Positions 16,999-26,992 of a stretch of DNA of 64,000 nt are shown here, piece after piece (positions within the stretch are counted from its first letter, which is position 1; each line of letters opens with the position of its first letter). The notes beneath the pieces are model-generated. The model did no database searches. It had not been told where the DNA came from and saw nothing but the letters and a program-made list of their open reading frames with translations. The stretch is from Candidatus Omnitrophota bacterium. Its GTDB lineage: Bacteria > Omnitrophota > Gorgyraeia > B26-G9. A program made the translations under genes and the position numbers. The DNA is taken from NCBI GenBank assembly GCA_043826565.1, contig JBDRPX010000037.1, forward strand, positions 5,669 through 69,668. The letters are read 5' to 3'.

Positions 16999-19734
16999 AT
17001 GATAGCAATGAACAATGTTGTTTTTGCTCTTTCTCCTCAAATTAATATTAAAGGGGCAGCCTTGCAGAAAATTTTTGAGAGTAATAAAAAACCGCAAACC
17101 AGCCAGTTAATGGAACATGATTCCGGGAGGGGATACAGAGTATTTGATTTGCCGGAAGGATATCGTGATATTACTGTTGTTTTGATCCATCGCGGGGCCG
17201 GTTTTGGGAACCGGGGTGCGGTTAATAACCTATTAGTTAGTTTACAGCATCAATTCCGCGGTAAAAATATTAGTTTGCGATTAGCTTATAGTTTGGGGCG
17301 GCCGGGAGAAGAATCTGATCAGGAACTGCGTATGCAACAGGAGCTGATTGCTCAAAGAAATAGTAAGGCAGAAGCTGAAGGCCTGCCGAAAATTGAATTG
17401 GAAACATATTATACATTTACCATGGATGGAACACCGGTCATATCGGGGCTTCGAAAAACTGATGTGGCGATTTATTTTGGGTATGATTCTGCGGAAATGT
17501 TGGATGTGGCGCAGGATGAAGCTGATTTTTTAAGAAGAGAACAGATGGATGCAAAACTGGCATTTCATATTCCGATTTATGCTACCGGATACAGGCTTCG
17601 CGATGTTGATTATGCCCGCATTCTCAGAGGGGGAACAATACACAGAGTTATTCCGACAGCTAATTTTTTAAAAGGAACAGGCCGGATTGTTATTAACCCG
17701 GAACTTGTTGCGAAAAGTATCAAAATTGACGGATTAAATAAACAAGATGTTTTGCAGGAAAGAAGAAAGTTATTAGATAAACTGGGAGTAACGGAGATAC
17801 CTGATGGAGCTGAAGAAACAACTTGGGCATTTGCTTATACCCATAATTACGGAAAACTGGAAGAGTTTTTAAGAAATTGTGGAAAAAGCAAACAAAAGAT
17901 AACTCTTTTTCTTGCTCCAGGATATCTTATTAACCGGACGGTTAAATATTATTATAAAGATAATATCCGGCAGTTATTGGAATATTTTAAGGCTATCCCG
18001 GACAATGTTAATATTGTATTCTTAGAAGAAAATTTAGAGCGTAAAGACGCATATAACCAGATCATGCTTTTATCAGGAGTGTTGACGGAATATGGTTTAA
18101 AAGGGGGGTTTCCCAATCTGATTACCGGCGATCAATCGACCAGTGAAGTACTTTCGGCGCGCAGATTATTTGTGCATGACGGGATGAATGCGCAGGATGG
18201 AGATGAATTATGGCAGGGGTTATTTGCCGGGCCGCTGCAGAGATTTACCGTGCAATACAATGACTTGGAAGATATAGATAATAATTGGCCTAATCTGTTT
18301 ACTGCTAATCCCCAGGGAATGCCGGGAGAGTTTTCTGTCTTTAAGGCCATGGAAATGCAGATGGAATTTATTGCGGCCATAGACAGTATTCTAGAGCGGC
18401 GCAATATTGTTGATCATATTGGAAAGACGATTGTTGCCGAGGCAAGCCGTCAGGCTGCGGATGAGAACCTGGAAGCGATGTTAGATACTGCAGTGGTATT
18501 AAGAGAACAGTTAAATGGTTCGGTTTTTGAAAAAGTTTCCGCAGATATTTTTCAGGATGTTTATGTCTGTGTAAATCCCCGGACAAACCAATTTGTTACT
18601 TTATATGTTCCGACCAACATTGCTCAGCAATGGGAAACTAGTAATGGTGAAAAAGGTAAGCGTTTTGGCGGCCAGTATTCAGGAATGGTTGAACTGCACA
18701 ACCTGACGGGTATCGTCGGTGGAGAGCAACAGAAGCTTACTTTGGCTTTTGCCCATCCGGAAAATGGATTAGAACAAAATAATGATTTATCTATTCCCGG
18801 CAAAAAAGATCCGATGCTTGCTTTGACTGATGAGACATTTGGTTCCGGAGAAATAGCTAACTATGTGCAGAGGGTGCGGAATTTAATTATGGGAGAAAGC
18901 ATTGAGATTGTTAATATCCATTCTGAGCAGGAATTTAATGATTATCTGGGGATAGCGCCGGAGGAACATTCTGCGATTTTGTATTCAGAACATCCGGAGA
19001 CAACCTTAAGAGTTATGTGTAAAAACTTTAATGAAGATAAACCGCTGGCTAATATTAGAAAAGAACATACTTTTGCCGCGCGTATTCAGGCTAATGGCCG
19101 GGAATATATTTGGTTTGCCCAATTCTCCATCGGAGATGATAAGCAGATAAGATATAATGAAGCATATTTAATGAAGGTATTAGAGGAAACTGAGCATAAG
19201 TACCTGGAAGTCGGCCATGGATATTATGATGTGCCTAAAAATCCTGTTCCCGGTCATTGCTGTATTGATCTTATGTATGGAATTGATAACCGCTTTCGAT
19301 TTCAGGAAGCGCATATTAAGCATGCCCGGGCATTATTTGAACTGCGGTTAAAAGCGCTGGATAAGCTCTATAAACCTGCTGCATTTGTTATTCCTTCCGG
19401 ACAAATAATTTCAGATATTGCATTGTATTTTTACGGCCGGTTTGGATTTTTGCCCTTGGACTACGGAGCCAGAGCAGATGTGACTTCTAAATATTTAATT
19501 CCTTACCGGATTAAATCTCCGGGAAAAATGATCGGGGAGGGGATGGAAGTTTTTGGTAAATATCTGATTATCGGAGCGTTTGGAGATTTTGCTCTGGTGT
19601 TGAGACCGCAAGGGATCAAAGGGAGTAAAAGACATTTTGATATGCCGGAGATGTTAAAAAATAGAGGTATTCCCATATCAATGCAGCAACCGCCGGCACG
19701 AAGACATCTGGAGCTTATTGAACAGGCGATATAG
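16948..19734 (+). CDS. EQAI-family secreted protein B: EarP-like GT-B glycosyltransferase region plus GNAT-like domain
   Basis: [17 protein letters not shown] signal then LSPQINI; GAGFGNRG and NLITGDQSTSEV; C-terminal domain paralogous to the N-terminal domain of 23608..25593; ends LIEQAI. Start ATG 16948 by paralogy. Confidence 0.75.
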   Translation: MKIKKQINYIIIFLLVQMIAMNNVVFALSPQINIKGAALQKIFESNKKPQTSQLMEHDSGRGYRVFDLPEGYRDITVVLIHRGAGFGNRGAVNNLLVSLQHQFRGKNISLRLAYSLGRPGEESDQELRMQQELIAQRNSKAEAEGLPKIELETYYTFTMDGTPVISGLRKTDVAIYFGYDSAEMLDVAQDEADFLRREQMDAKLAFHIPIYATGYRLRDVDYARILRGGTIHRVIPTANFLKGTGRIVINPELVAKSIKIDGLNKQDVLQERRKLLDKLGVTEIPDGAEETTWAFAYTHNYGKLEEFLRNCGKSKQKITLFLAPGYLINRTVKYYYKDNIRQLLEYFKAIPDNVNIVFLEENLERKDAYNQIMLLSGVLTEYGLKGGFPNLITGDQSTSEVLSARRLFVHDGMNAQDGDELWQGLFAGPLQRFTVQYNDLEDIDNNWPNLFTANPQGMPGEFSVFKAMEMQMEFIAAIDSILERRNIVDHIGKTIVAEASRQAADENLEAMLDTAVVLREQLNGSVFEKVSADIFQDVYVCVNPRTNQFVTLYVPTNIAQQWETSNGEKGKRFGGQYSGMVELHNLTGIVGGEQQKLTLAFAHPENGLEQNNDLSIPGKKDPMLALTDETFGSGEIANYVQRVRNLIMGESIEIVNIHSEQEFNDYLGIAPEEHSAILYSEHPETTLRVMCKNFNEDKPLANIRKEHTFAARIQANGREYIWFAQFSIGDDKQIRYNEAYLMKVLEETEHKYLEVGHGYYDVPKNPVPGHCCIDLMYGIDNRFRFQEAHIKHARALFELRLKALDKLYKPAAFVIPSGQIISDIALYFYGRFGFLPLDYGARADVTSKYLIPYRIKSPGKMIGEGMEVFGKYLIIGAFGDFALVLRPQGIKGSKRHFDMPEMLKNRGIPISMQQPPARRHLELIEQAI

Positions 19735-19827
19735 AGTGGATTGCAAATTGCAAATAACAAATTGCAGATTAAACTAATGAAAATAAAAAAACAAATAAAC
19801 CACATAATAATATTTTTACTGGTGCAG
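19715..19827 (+). repeat. 113-bp gene-junction direct repeat, copy 2
   Basis: Matches 16886-16998 except at 2 positions (offset 2829). Confidence 0.95.
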
Positions 19828-21069
19828 GTATTGTTTTTAATTCCGCATGCTTTAGCTTTAGATGAATATACATTGTCCCCCCAGCTGGTGGTAGGCGGAG
19901 GTTTTTTTGGTGAAGCTTATCTGCGGTTATTAGCGCAGGACGAAGCGCGTTTAAGCCGGCAGGAACAGGAAATTTTCACGCAGCTTTTTGATGCGCTTGA
20001 AATAGACCTGAACAGTTTGGCTTGGGACACACAAGGGAATGATTATGATTTATCCGAAGTGCCGGTTGCTGATATTAATGAAGATACTTTGCGGGAAATG
20101 TTTTGTTTGCCTTTTAGTTATAAAATCGGTGGTACTTTAGGGATTATTCGTTATCAAAATTTTCCGATATTAATTTATCTTTGTGATCAAGTAAGGAACG
20201 TAACTTTTATTGACCTGACAAAATATTATCGTTCATCATTTGCCGCTAATTTAGGCTGGGGAATTAAACAGGATATATGTATAATCTTTAAAAGGAAGAA
20301 TTTTTTTAAAGTAAGTCAAATTGAAATAACTCATCCGTATGTTACCGTAGCTATCAACGGCAGCGGTGATCTTGCTCATATTACCGAATATGATTTTAGT
20401 GATGAAGAGGCGGATGTCTTCCCCAGAAGAAAGATAGAATTACCTTTATTGCCCGGGGTCTGGATGCCCAAAAGTACGTCAAGTTATTTAATTGCCGAGG
20501 CAACTGCAGAATTTGTGCGTCCGGGGATGAGAGTGCTGGTTATTGGAACCGGAGCTGGCCTGGAAGCGCGGATTGCCGCGGAAAAAGGAGCCTTGGTCGA
20601 TGCGGTTGATATTAAGAAGCTGGCAGTTAGAAATACAAAACTGACATGTTCAGAAGAAGAGTATGCGGTGCGGGTTAATGCTTTTGTTAATAATATGTTT
20701 CATGGCTTGGGAAAATATGATTTGATTATCTGGAATATGCCGCATTTTGTCGGGACGGAAGAGCCAAAAGAGGATTTTCCCGATTATTCCAATAGTTCTG
20801 ATTTTACGGGGAAAATATTGCGGGAATTTGCGCAAAACGTATGTTCGCATTTGAAAAAAAATGGAAAAGCTGTTGTGATTAACAAAAGCGATGAACAGGT
20901 GAAACAGATCCTGGAATATTTTTCGGGTAAACATGTTGAGGATTATGGGGTCTCTAAAAAACGATACTCTCAAGGGTATATTATAGATAATCAACGGGTA
21001 AAAAGATGGAAGAAGATGAGGCCTTTCCCGGAAGGGATAATAAGTGTTTATATGGAGCAGGCGGTATAA
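19777..21069 (+). CDS. EQAI-family secreted protein C with class I SAM methyltransferase domain (HemK/MTS-like)
   Basis: Same signal then LSPQLVV; VLVIGTGAG, VDAVDI, YDLIIWNMPH; ends YMEQAV. Confidence 0.8.
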   Translation: MKIKKQINHIIIFLLVQVLFLIPHALALDEYTLSPQLVVGGGFFGEAYLRLLAQDEARLSRQEQEIFTQLFDALEIDLNSLAWDTQGNDYDLSEVPVADINEDTLREMFCLPFSYKIGGTLGIIRYQNFPILIYLCDQVRNVTFIDLTKYYRSSFAANLGWGIKQDICIIFKRKNFFKVSQIEITHPYVTVAINGSGDLAHITEYDFSDEEADVFPRRKIELPLLPGVWMPKSTSSYLIAEATAEFVRPGMRVLVIGTGAGLEARIAAEKGALVDAVDIKKLAVRNTKLTCSEEEYAVRVNAFVNNMFHGLGKYDLIIWNMPHFVGTEEPKEDFPDYSNSSDFTGKILREFAQNVCSHLKKNGKAVVINKSDEQVKQILEYFSGKHVEDYGVSKKRYSQGYIIDNQRVKRWKKMRPFPEGIISVYMEQAV

Positions 21070-21123
21070 GTAAAGAGTAGTGAGTAGCAAGTAGAGAGTA
21101 GAGAGAAAGATAAAAAGTAAATA

Positions 21124-21169
21124 ATGAAAATAAAAAAACAAATAAACCACATAATAATATTTTTGCTGG
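21124..21169 (+). repeat. 46-bp signal-peptide-coding repeat (other copies at 16948, 19777, 23608)
   Basis: ATGAAAATAAAAAAACAAATAAAC(C/T)ACATAATAATATTTTT(G/A)CTGG at four gene starts. Confidence 0.95.
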
Positions 21170-23568
21170 CGCAAACATTTTTGTTCGGACAGTGTGTTTG
21201 GGCCGGACAGACGGATACTCTTGCGCCGCAATTAAAGGTGTATACACCTGTTTTGCATAAAGATTTTCTCCAACAGATGTCTATTTCTGTTGTCCCGATG
21301 CTTGCTGAACATCTTGATAAATTAGATATCAAGGAGCAATACATAGACGGGAAAGAGGATACTTTAACATTAATTCGCCAGGCGCATGACGGGCTTATAA
21401 GAGCAGGATATCCGATTTCTTCCCGGATAGTCAAAACATATACTCCGGAATACTTGCATATTGACGGTTGCTCAGCTTTTTCAACGGGAAGAATTCAAAT
21501 GGTTTGTTTTCGGGTAAACGGAAATTTTGATCAAAAAAGCATTGCTATCCCGCGGCCTCATGATGAAGCATATTGTTTTTCTTTAATAAGCGGAGGAAAA
21601 GTTGTCGGCCATGGAGTTCTAGCCTATGATTACCATCATCCGGATACGGTATTTTTTAGATATGCTATACACGGCAGCCATTTTATTGTAGATGGATATG
21701 ATTTTACAAATCAGGGGTTTGGAACAGACAGCCTCACATTACTGGCGGCAATCATAAAAACCGGGAAGCTTTTTCCTGCGAATATGCGGAAAATGGAGTA
21801 TTTAGCCAGTAATGATGACCTTTTAAAATGGGGCAATTTTTCTCCCATTTATAACCGGATGAAGAAGTTTTTGCTGAAATCCGGATTTGTTGATGCCTCA
21901 GAAGAGAGAATTGCGCCGTTTTTTGATATTACTAAACAAAACATCGGATTTAAGTTAGGAAATAATGATGAAGGCAGTGTTGCCGGACAAAGAGTTTATT
22001 TGTCAGCTAGTGTTGCCGGCTGTATTGGTAAGCCGGCAAAATATATTCATGATGCTTTGCTGAAAGTACCTCCGGAACTTATTGCGGAAGCATATTACCG
22101 GCGTTTTAACTTATTATCAAATCCATATGGCAAGGAATTTCAAGGTTTGTGGGGCCGGGATGAAACCAAAGCTATAGAATTCCTTGCGAGAGGATATAAA
22201 ACATTGCATGATCTTAATAGTCAGGGCCATGTCCGGGTAGATTTTATTCCGCATGATATGAAAGGAGATGTTCCGGAAGGATTAGAAGGCATGGTTTTGT
22301 TCAGTAATTCCAAGAAAGCTTATCAGACTGAATTTGTAGAATGGGCATGGGTTCCGGAAGTAGAAGCATGGCTGCCGGTAGCAGATGAAAGCGCTAAGAC
22401 TTCGCAACGGCCGGCATTTATACGTGTTGTGCTTACCGCGGATAAAAAGAAAGTAGTAAGAGTAGCGAAGAGCCTTACAAAAGATAAGTTACAGGAACTT
22501 ATCTTAGAGCATGGAGATTGTATTGTCTGCGGCAGAGTTCCGCCAAGTGCTCACTTGTCACTTGTGCGTGACAGTTCTCTGGGCATACGTGAAAGCGGAA
22601 ACTATACTATTGATGGAAAAGGAAATAATTTGTATATAGCATCTCTTAGCCGGGAAGGGGTGCCGACCGGTTTTCAGTTTTTTGGGAACGGAGAAAAGGT
22701 TCCACTGCGGGTAGCTGTAAAAAGAAATCGTGAAGGGAAAGTGATGGAGAGGATCGAATCCCAGAGATATTTTGCCGGAGAAACATTGGCGCAGATATAT
22801 GCGAAAAAAGGGCAGTATTGGGTGATGCCGGTCTATGTGCAAACCCCTGTTCATTCAGCCCGGCATACAAAGATCCAGGCTGGCTCACGTTTTGTTGTGA
22901 CCGGAGAAAAAGGAAAAAAAATCAAGAGCGAAGTAACAGAAGAAGTGGAATATAATTATTATCTGGATGCGGCATATTCCGGAGCAGAGGCGCAGCTTTT
23001 GATCGGCCGCTCCGGGGTGCCGGTTTATTTATATGTTTCCGGTGATGTCCGGAAGGGGGTGCCGGCATTAGAGTGCTTGTTAAAATTGATAGAGGTGAGG
23101 AATAGCCGGGATGAAGTTATTGATGTTATAAACTCATCTAATGCCGAGATATCCCGGCAAATTCTGCAAATAGCAGTAAAAAATGCCCGGGTTAAAGATG
23201 GACGCGTAGTAGTAACACGAATACCGGTAGAATCCTCTTTTTTAAAACGAAGCACTTTAGCTGTACGCTGCGGCGGAGAGGAAATATGTGTTAATCAAAA
23301 ATTGCCGGATTTCCCCGGTCAAAAATATGCGGAGCTGGTTTATGGAAAAAATAAATTTGATGCGCCGGTTCCGATTAGTATCAGAATAGGATTTTATGAG
23401 GGTGATGATCCGCTTAATTTTAACAAAATAAAATTTCATGTGTTAAAGGAATTTTTCATTGAACGTGCGCAAAATAATAAGTTCTATGAGACCAGAGAAA
23501 CAAAGACTTTGGTGGAAACTGAAAAAATGCCGCTGGAAAATTTAACTATTCTGGAACAGGCGATATGA
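21124..23568 (+). CDS. EQAI-family secreted protein D with N-terminal GNAT-like domain
   Basis: Same signal then LAPQLKV; KVVGHG, DFTNQGFGT (motif A-like), FLLKSGF; ends ILEQAI. Confidence 0.75.
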   Translation: MKIKKQINHIIIFLLAQTFLFGQCVWAGQTDTLAPQLKVYTPVLHKDFLQQMSISVVPMLAEHLDKLDIKEQYIDGKEDTLTLIRQAHDGLIRAGYPISSRIVKTYTPEYLHIDGCSAFSTGRIQMVCFRVNGNFDQKSIAIPRPHDEAYCFSLISGGKVVGHGVLAYDYHHPDTVFFRYAIHGSHFIVDGYDFTNQGFGTDSLTLLAAIIKTGKLFPANMRKMEYLASNDDLLKWGNFSPIYNRMKKFLLKSGFVDASEERIAPFFDITKQNIGFKLGNNDEGSVAGQRVYLSASVAGCIGKPAKYIHDALLKVPPELIAEAYYRRFNLLSNPYGKEFQGLWGRDETKAIEFLARGYKTLHDLNSQGHVRVDFIPHDMKGDVPEGLEGMVLFSNSKKAYQTEFVEWAWVPEVEAWLPVADESAKTSQRPAFIRVVLTADKKKVVRVAKSLTKDKLQELILEHGDCIVCGRVPPSAHLSLVRDSSLGIRESGNYTIDGKGNNLYIASLSREGVPTGFQFFGNGEKVPLRVAVKRNREGKVMERIESQRYFAGETLAQIYAKKGQYWVMPVYVQTPVHSARHTKIQAGSRFVVTGEKGKKIKSEVTEEVEYNYYLDAAYSGAEAQLLIGRSGVPVYLYVSGDVRKGVPALECLLKLIEVRNSRDEVIDVINSSNAEISRQILQIAVKNARVKDGRVVVTRIPVESSFLKRSTLAVRCGGEEICVNQKLPDFPGQKYAELVYGKNKFDAPVPISIRIGFYEGDDPLNFNKIKFHVLKEFFIERAQNNKFYETRETKTLVETEKMPLENLTILEQAI

Positions 23569-23607
23569 TCAAAGAGTAGCGAGTAGAGAGAATATATAAC
23601 GTAAGAT

Positions 23608-25593
23608 ATGAAAATAAAAAAACAAATAAACCACATAATAATATTTTTACTGGTACAGGCGATGAGTGCTGGTTCCCTGGCTATTGCTGTTCCGGAAGAC
23701 CGGACTTTATCTGCGAAAATTATCATTAATCAGCAATCCTTGCAGGAAGTATTTGCCCGTCTATCTCAACAGGATGATGAGGTGTTACAATGGGGTAGTT
23801 CCCGTATTCCTAACTCTCTGCCTCAAGAAAGTATCCCCGCGGAAATGTGGCGGGATACTTTTAGCAGAAATCCGGTTTCTCGATATATTCAAAATATTAG
23901 AGATAATATTACCGGAGCAGATGTTGATATTACTGTTTTAGATTCCACGGCGCAGTTATTAGAGTATCTGGGATTGACAGAACCGAGAGATATTGTTTGT
24001 TCCGGATATCTTAGTGAGCTGCAGCTTATGTGTCAATCAGCGGAAAAGCCGGAGTTTGTCAAAATGGTGACGCAATTAAAACAGCTTATGCCATCACAAA
24101 TGCCTGTGGGTAATATGCTGGCAGCACGTATTTATAAGAATGGGTATGAATATATCTGGATAACCCAGGTGCTTCCCGATCAGTCTATCCCGCCGGATGA
24201 TTTTATTTTTAATGAAACATATTTAGTAGCTGAAACTCAAAAGGGAAGAAAGAAATATGTTGAAATAGGTCATGGTTATTATGGAGTCAGCGGAGTTCAA
24301 GGCGGAAGAATCGGCTTATCTTTTGGGATTGATGAGGATTATCAATCCCGGCATAGAAACGGCGGGAAATTCAGCCATGCGCATAATATATTTGAATTCA
24401 GGCTGCAGGCATTAGAGACACTCTTTAGGCCGAGTATTCTTATTGTGCCTCAGGCGCAGGCAACAAGTGCACCTGATTTTTCCCGGAAAACAGTTTTATT
24501 TTACGCCGGATTCGGGTTTCTGCCTTTAAAAGATTTTAGAAGGGAACAGCTGGTTAACGGATATCTTTTGCCGGTGAAAATAAACCGGACTTTGGCAAAG
24601 ATAAAAAATCCCGCGGCGGTTTTTGACGATAAGTTTATGTATAAAGCCGGCGACTTCATGCTGATTTTAAGAGATAAAAGAACGGAAATAAAAGATGTTT
24701 GCAGACGATACCGGATCTTTGATGAAGCCGAAGTCCGGCAATATGAAGCGCTGAATGCGCGTTACGGTCAAAACCCCTCAGCTTTAGATGACTCAGAAGC
24801 ATACGATCTGTTTGGGTATTTGAGTATTACAGGAAGGCTTAACCAGGGAAATAATTATGCCGTGCTTATTCAGAGAATCGGATGGCTGAAGGCTCAGGCC
24901 CAAAAAGGAGGAGAATTTAAACAGCAAATCGGCGGTAAATACATTGGCCATATTGTCGGGATGAACGATGTCTTGAATCCGGCAGCGCCGTATTTAGATA
25001 TTAAGCCCCAGGATACTGTGCTTGATATCGGTTTTGCCGTCGGCGGAGAAACGATTGGTTTAGCAGCAGCTCATCCGGAGGCTGATTTTGTTATGGCTAA
25101 CCCGGAACTGAGATTTGTACAGCATGCTGTTCGTCAGGCGGAATCTTACCGGCCTTTGTTAAATAATTTGCGGATTGCTCCAAAAGTTTTTGAGGAACTT
25201 GCTTTACCGGCACATTCGGTTAATCATATTATTATTCGTAACATTTTCTTTGACTTAGATGAGGTGAAGATAAAAGATATGCTGATAGAATTAATGCGCA
25301 TTGCCGCCCCGGATGCTACGATTGTAATTACCGGATATCGGCATTTAGAGAAAAATACACAGGAAAATGCTCGAGCTGGTATAAAACCTGAGTATAATCT
25401 GGAGTTATTGACAGAAGTATGTGCAGAGATGGGGATTAGTTATACGGTTGATCATCCCACATCTTTTCCTAATCGTGATGCGCGGATCAGGCTAATTCCG
25501 GCGAGTCGACGAAATACATTATTCGAAGAGACCCAAGCTGTGAGTTTAAAAAAGAAAGCAGAGCCAGCTGTTTTTGTCGAACAGGCAATATAA
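23608..25593 (+). CDS. EQAI-family secreted protein E: GNAT-like domain plus class I SAM methyltransferase
   Basis: Same signal then LSAKIII; YVEIGHGYY...[10 protein letters not shown] shared with protein B; [16 protein letters not shown]; ends FVEQAI. Confidence 0.78.
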   Translation: MKIKKQINHIIIFLLVQAMSAGSLAIAVPEDRTLSAKIIINQQSLQEVFARLSQQDDEVLQWGSSRIPNSLPQESIPAEMWRDTFSRNPVSRYIQNIRDNITGADVDITVLDSTAQLLEYLGLTEPRDIVCSGYLSELQLMCQSAEKPEFVKMVTQLKQLMPSQMPVGNMLAARIYKNGYEYIWITQVLPDQSIPPDDFIFNETYLVAETQKGRKKYVEIGHGYYGVSGVQGGRIGLSFGIDEDYQSRHRNGGKFSHAHNIFEFRLQALETLFRPSILIVPQAQATSAPDFSRKTVLFYAGFGFLPLKDFRREQLVNGYLLPVKINRTLAKIKNPAAVFDDKFMYKAGDFMLILRDKRTEIKDVCRRYRIFDEAEVRQYEALNARYGQNPSALDDSEAYDLFGYLSITGRLNQGNNYAVLIQRIGWLKAQAQKGGEFKQQIGGKYIGHIVGMNDVLNPAAPYLDIKPQDTVLDIGFAVGGETIGLAAAHPEADFVMANPELRFVQHAVRQAESYRPLLNNLRIAPKVFEELALPAHSVNHIIIRNIFFDLDEVKIKDMLIELMRIAAPDATIVITGYRHLEKNTQENARAGIKPEYNLELLTEVCAEMGISYTVDHPTSFPNRDARIRLIPASRRNTLFEETQAVSLKKKAEPAVFVEQAI

Positions 25594-25639
25594 TCCATCC
25601 TTTACCCTTACCGGTTTTTCCTATATAATAACATCTACT

Positions 25640-26884
25640 ATGGAAAAAGTTATCCTTGTTACTATCAAGCTTGATGATAAGTCGGAGCAATGGTCTTTGG
25701 AAGAACTAAGCCAGGAGCTTCGGGTCCTTTCAAAAACCGCGCATGCTGATATCGTCGGTGAAATAAAATGTAATCGTCACGCGCCGATGCCTTCCTTATA
25801 TATAGGGAAAGGAAAAGCCGAGGAACTGAAACAATTGATAGCCGAAACTGGAGCCCAGACGGTTATCTTTAATAATGACCTTACTCCCACCCAGGGGCGG
25901 AATCTTGAAGAAATCCTTGATGTGAAAACAATCGACCGGACCCAGTTAATTCTGGATATCTTTGCTTCTCATGCCAAAAGTCAGGAAGGAAAAGTTCAAG
26001 TTGAATTAGCTCAATTGCAATATCTTCTGCCGAGGCTTTCCGGGAAGGGAACGGAACTTTCGCGTTTAGGCGGCGGAATCGGAACCCGCGGCCCGGGAGA
26101 ACAGAAGCTGGAAATAGACCGCAGAAGAATCCGGGACAGAATAGATCTTCTTAAAAAAGATATAACCGCGGTCAAAAACCGCCGTTTGGAAATTAGAAAA
26201 AAACGCCGGGAAAATGATATCCCCGCGATCGCGATGGTCGGATATACTAATGCCGGGAAATCGACTTTGCTCAATGCCTTGACTGATGCCCGGGTAAAGG
26301 TAAAGGATGAGATGTTTAGTACTCTTGATGCGATTACCCGAAGATTTGTTTTGCCGGTAAGCGGACAGACTGTGCTTTTTTCCGATACCGTCGGATTTTT
26401 GTATAAATTACCGCATCATCTGATTGAAGCATTTAAAGCTACACTTGAAGTGGTAACCGAAGCTGATCTTTTACTTGTGGTGCTTGATGTTTCCAGTGAA
26501 AAAATGCATCAGCATAATGACGCGATATGGCAGGTCTTAGGAGAGCTTCAGGCCCTGAATAAGCCGGTTTTGTATGTTTTGAATAAAATTGATAATCTGC
26601 ATGACGAGAGCATGATGGAACGATTTAAATTAAAATTCGACCAATGTATTTCGATTTCCGCTAAAGACAGGATCAATTTAGATGGACTTATCAATTATAT
26701 AGAAACACATTTATTTAACCGGGTTACTGACCTGAAAATATTTATCGAACACGCTAATGCCAAAGTAATACATTACATTCATGAACATGGTAAAGTGAAT
26801 TATTGTGAATATCGTGATGAGGGGGTATACCTGGAAGCAAAACTTCCGGCTTTGCTCGCTAAAAAAGTGATCACTCAGATATAA
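25640..26884 (+). CDS. hflX: GTPase HflX
   Basis: [33 protein letters not shown]. Start moved to ATG 25640. Confidence 0.95.
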   Translation: MEKVILVTIKLDDKSEQWSLEELSQELRVLSKTAHADIVGEIKCNRHAPMPSLYIGKGKAEELKQLIAETGAQTVIFNNDLTPTQGRNLEEILDVKTIDRTQLILDIFASHAKSQEGKVQVELAQLQYLLPRLSGKGTELSRLGGGIGTRGPGEQKLEIDRRRIRDRIDLLKKDITAVKNRRLEIRKKRRENDIPAIAMVGYTNAGKSTLLNALTDARVKVKDEMFSTLDAITRRFVLPVSGQTVLFSDTVGFLYKLPHHLIEAFKATLEVVTEADLLLVVLDVSSEKMHQHNDAIWQVLGELQALNKPVLYVLNKIDNLHDESMMERFKLKFDQCISISAKDRINLDGLINYIETHLFNRVTDLKIFIEHANAKVIHYIHEHGKVNYCEYRDEGVYLEAKLPALLAKKVITQI

Positions 26885-26918
26885 TTCTTTAGAGGGTAAT
26901 TGGAGAGTAAAAAAAATC

Positions 26919-26948
26919 TTGACATAAATTTGGATGTTATGATATATT
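26919..26948 (+). promoter_or_regulatory. Promoter of hrcA-grpE-dnaK-dnaJ operon
   Basis: TTGACA(26919-24) and TGaTATATT directly abutting CIRCE. Confidence 0.65.
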
Positions 26949-26973
26949 AGCACTCTGAGAGAGAGAGTGCTAA
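26947..26973 (+). promoter_or_regulatory. CIRCE operator (HrcA binding site)
   Basis: Perfect TTAGCACTC-N9-GAGTGCTAA upstream of hrcA. Confidence 0.97.
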
Positions 26974-26992
26974 TTGCATATTAGGTGAAAAA

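Noticed and set aside
16886-23653. Junction repeats as a CRISPR array or integron attC sites
   Set aside because: The intervening units are kb-long genes, the repeats are protein-coding, there are no RYYYAAC/GTTRRRY boxes, and no cas or integrase gene is in the window.
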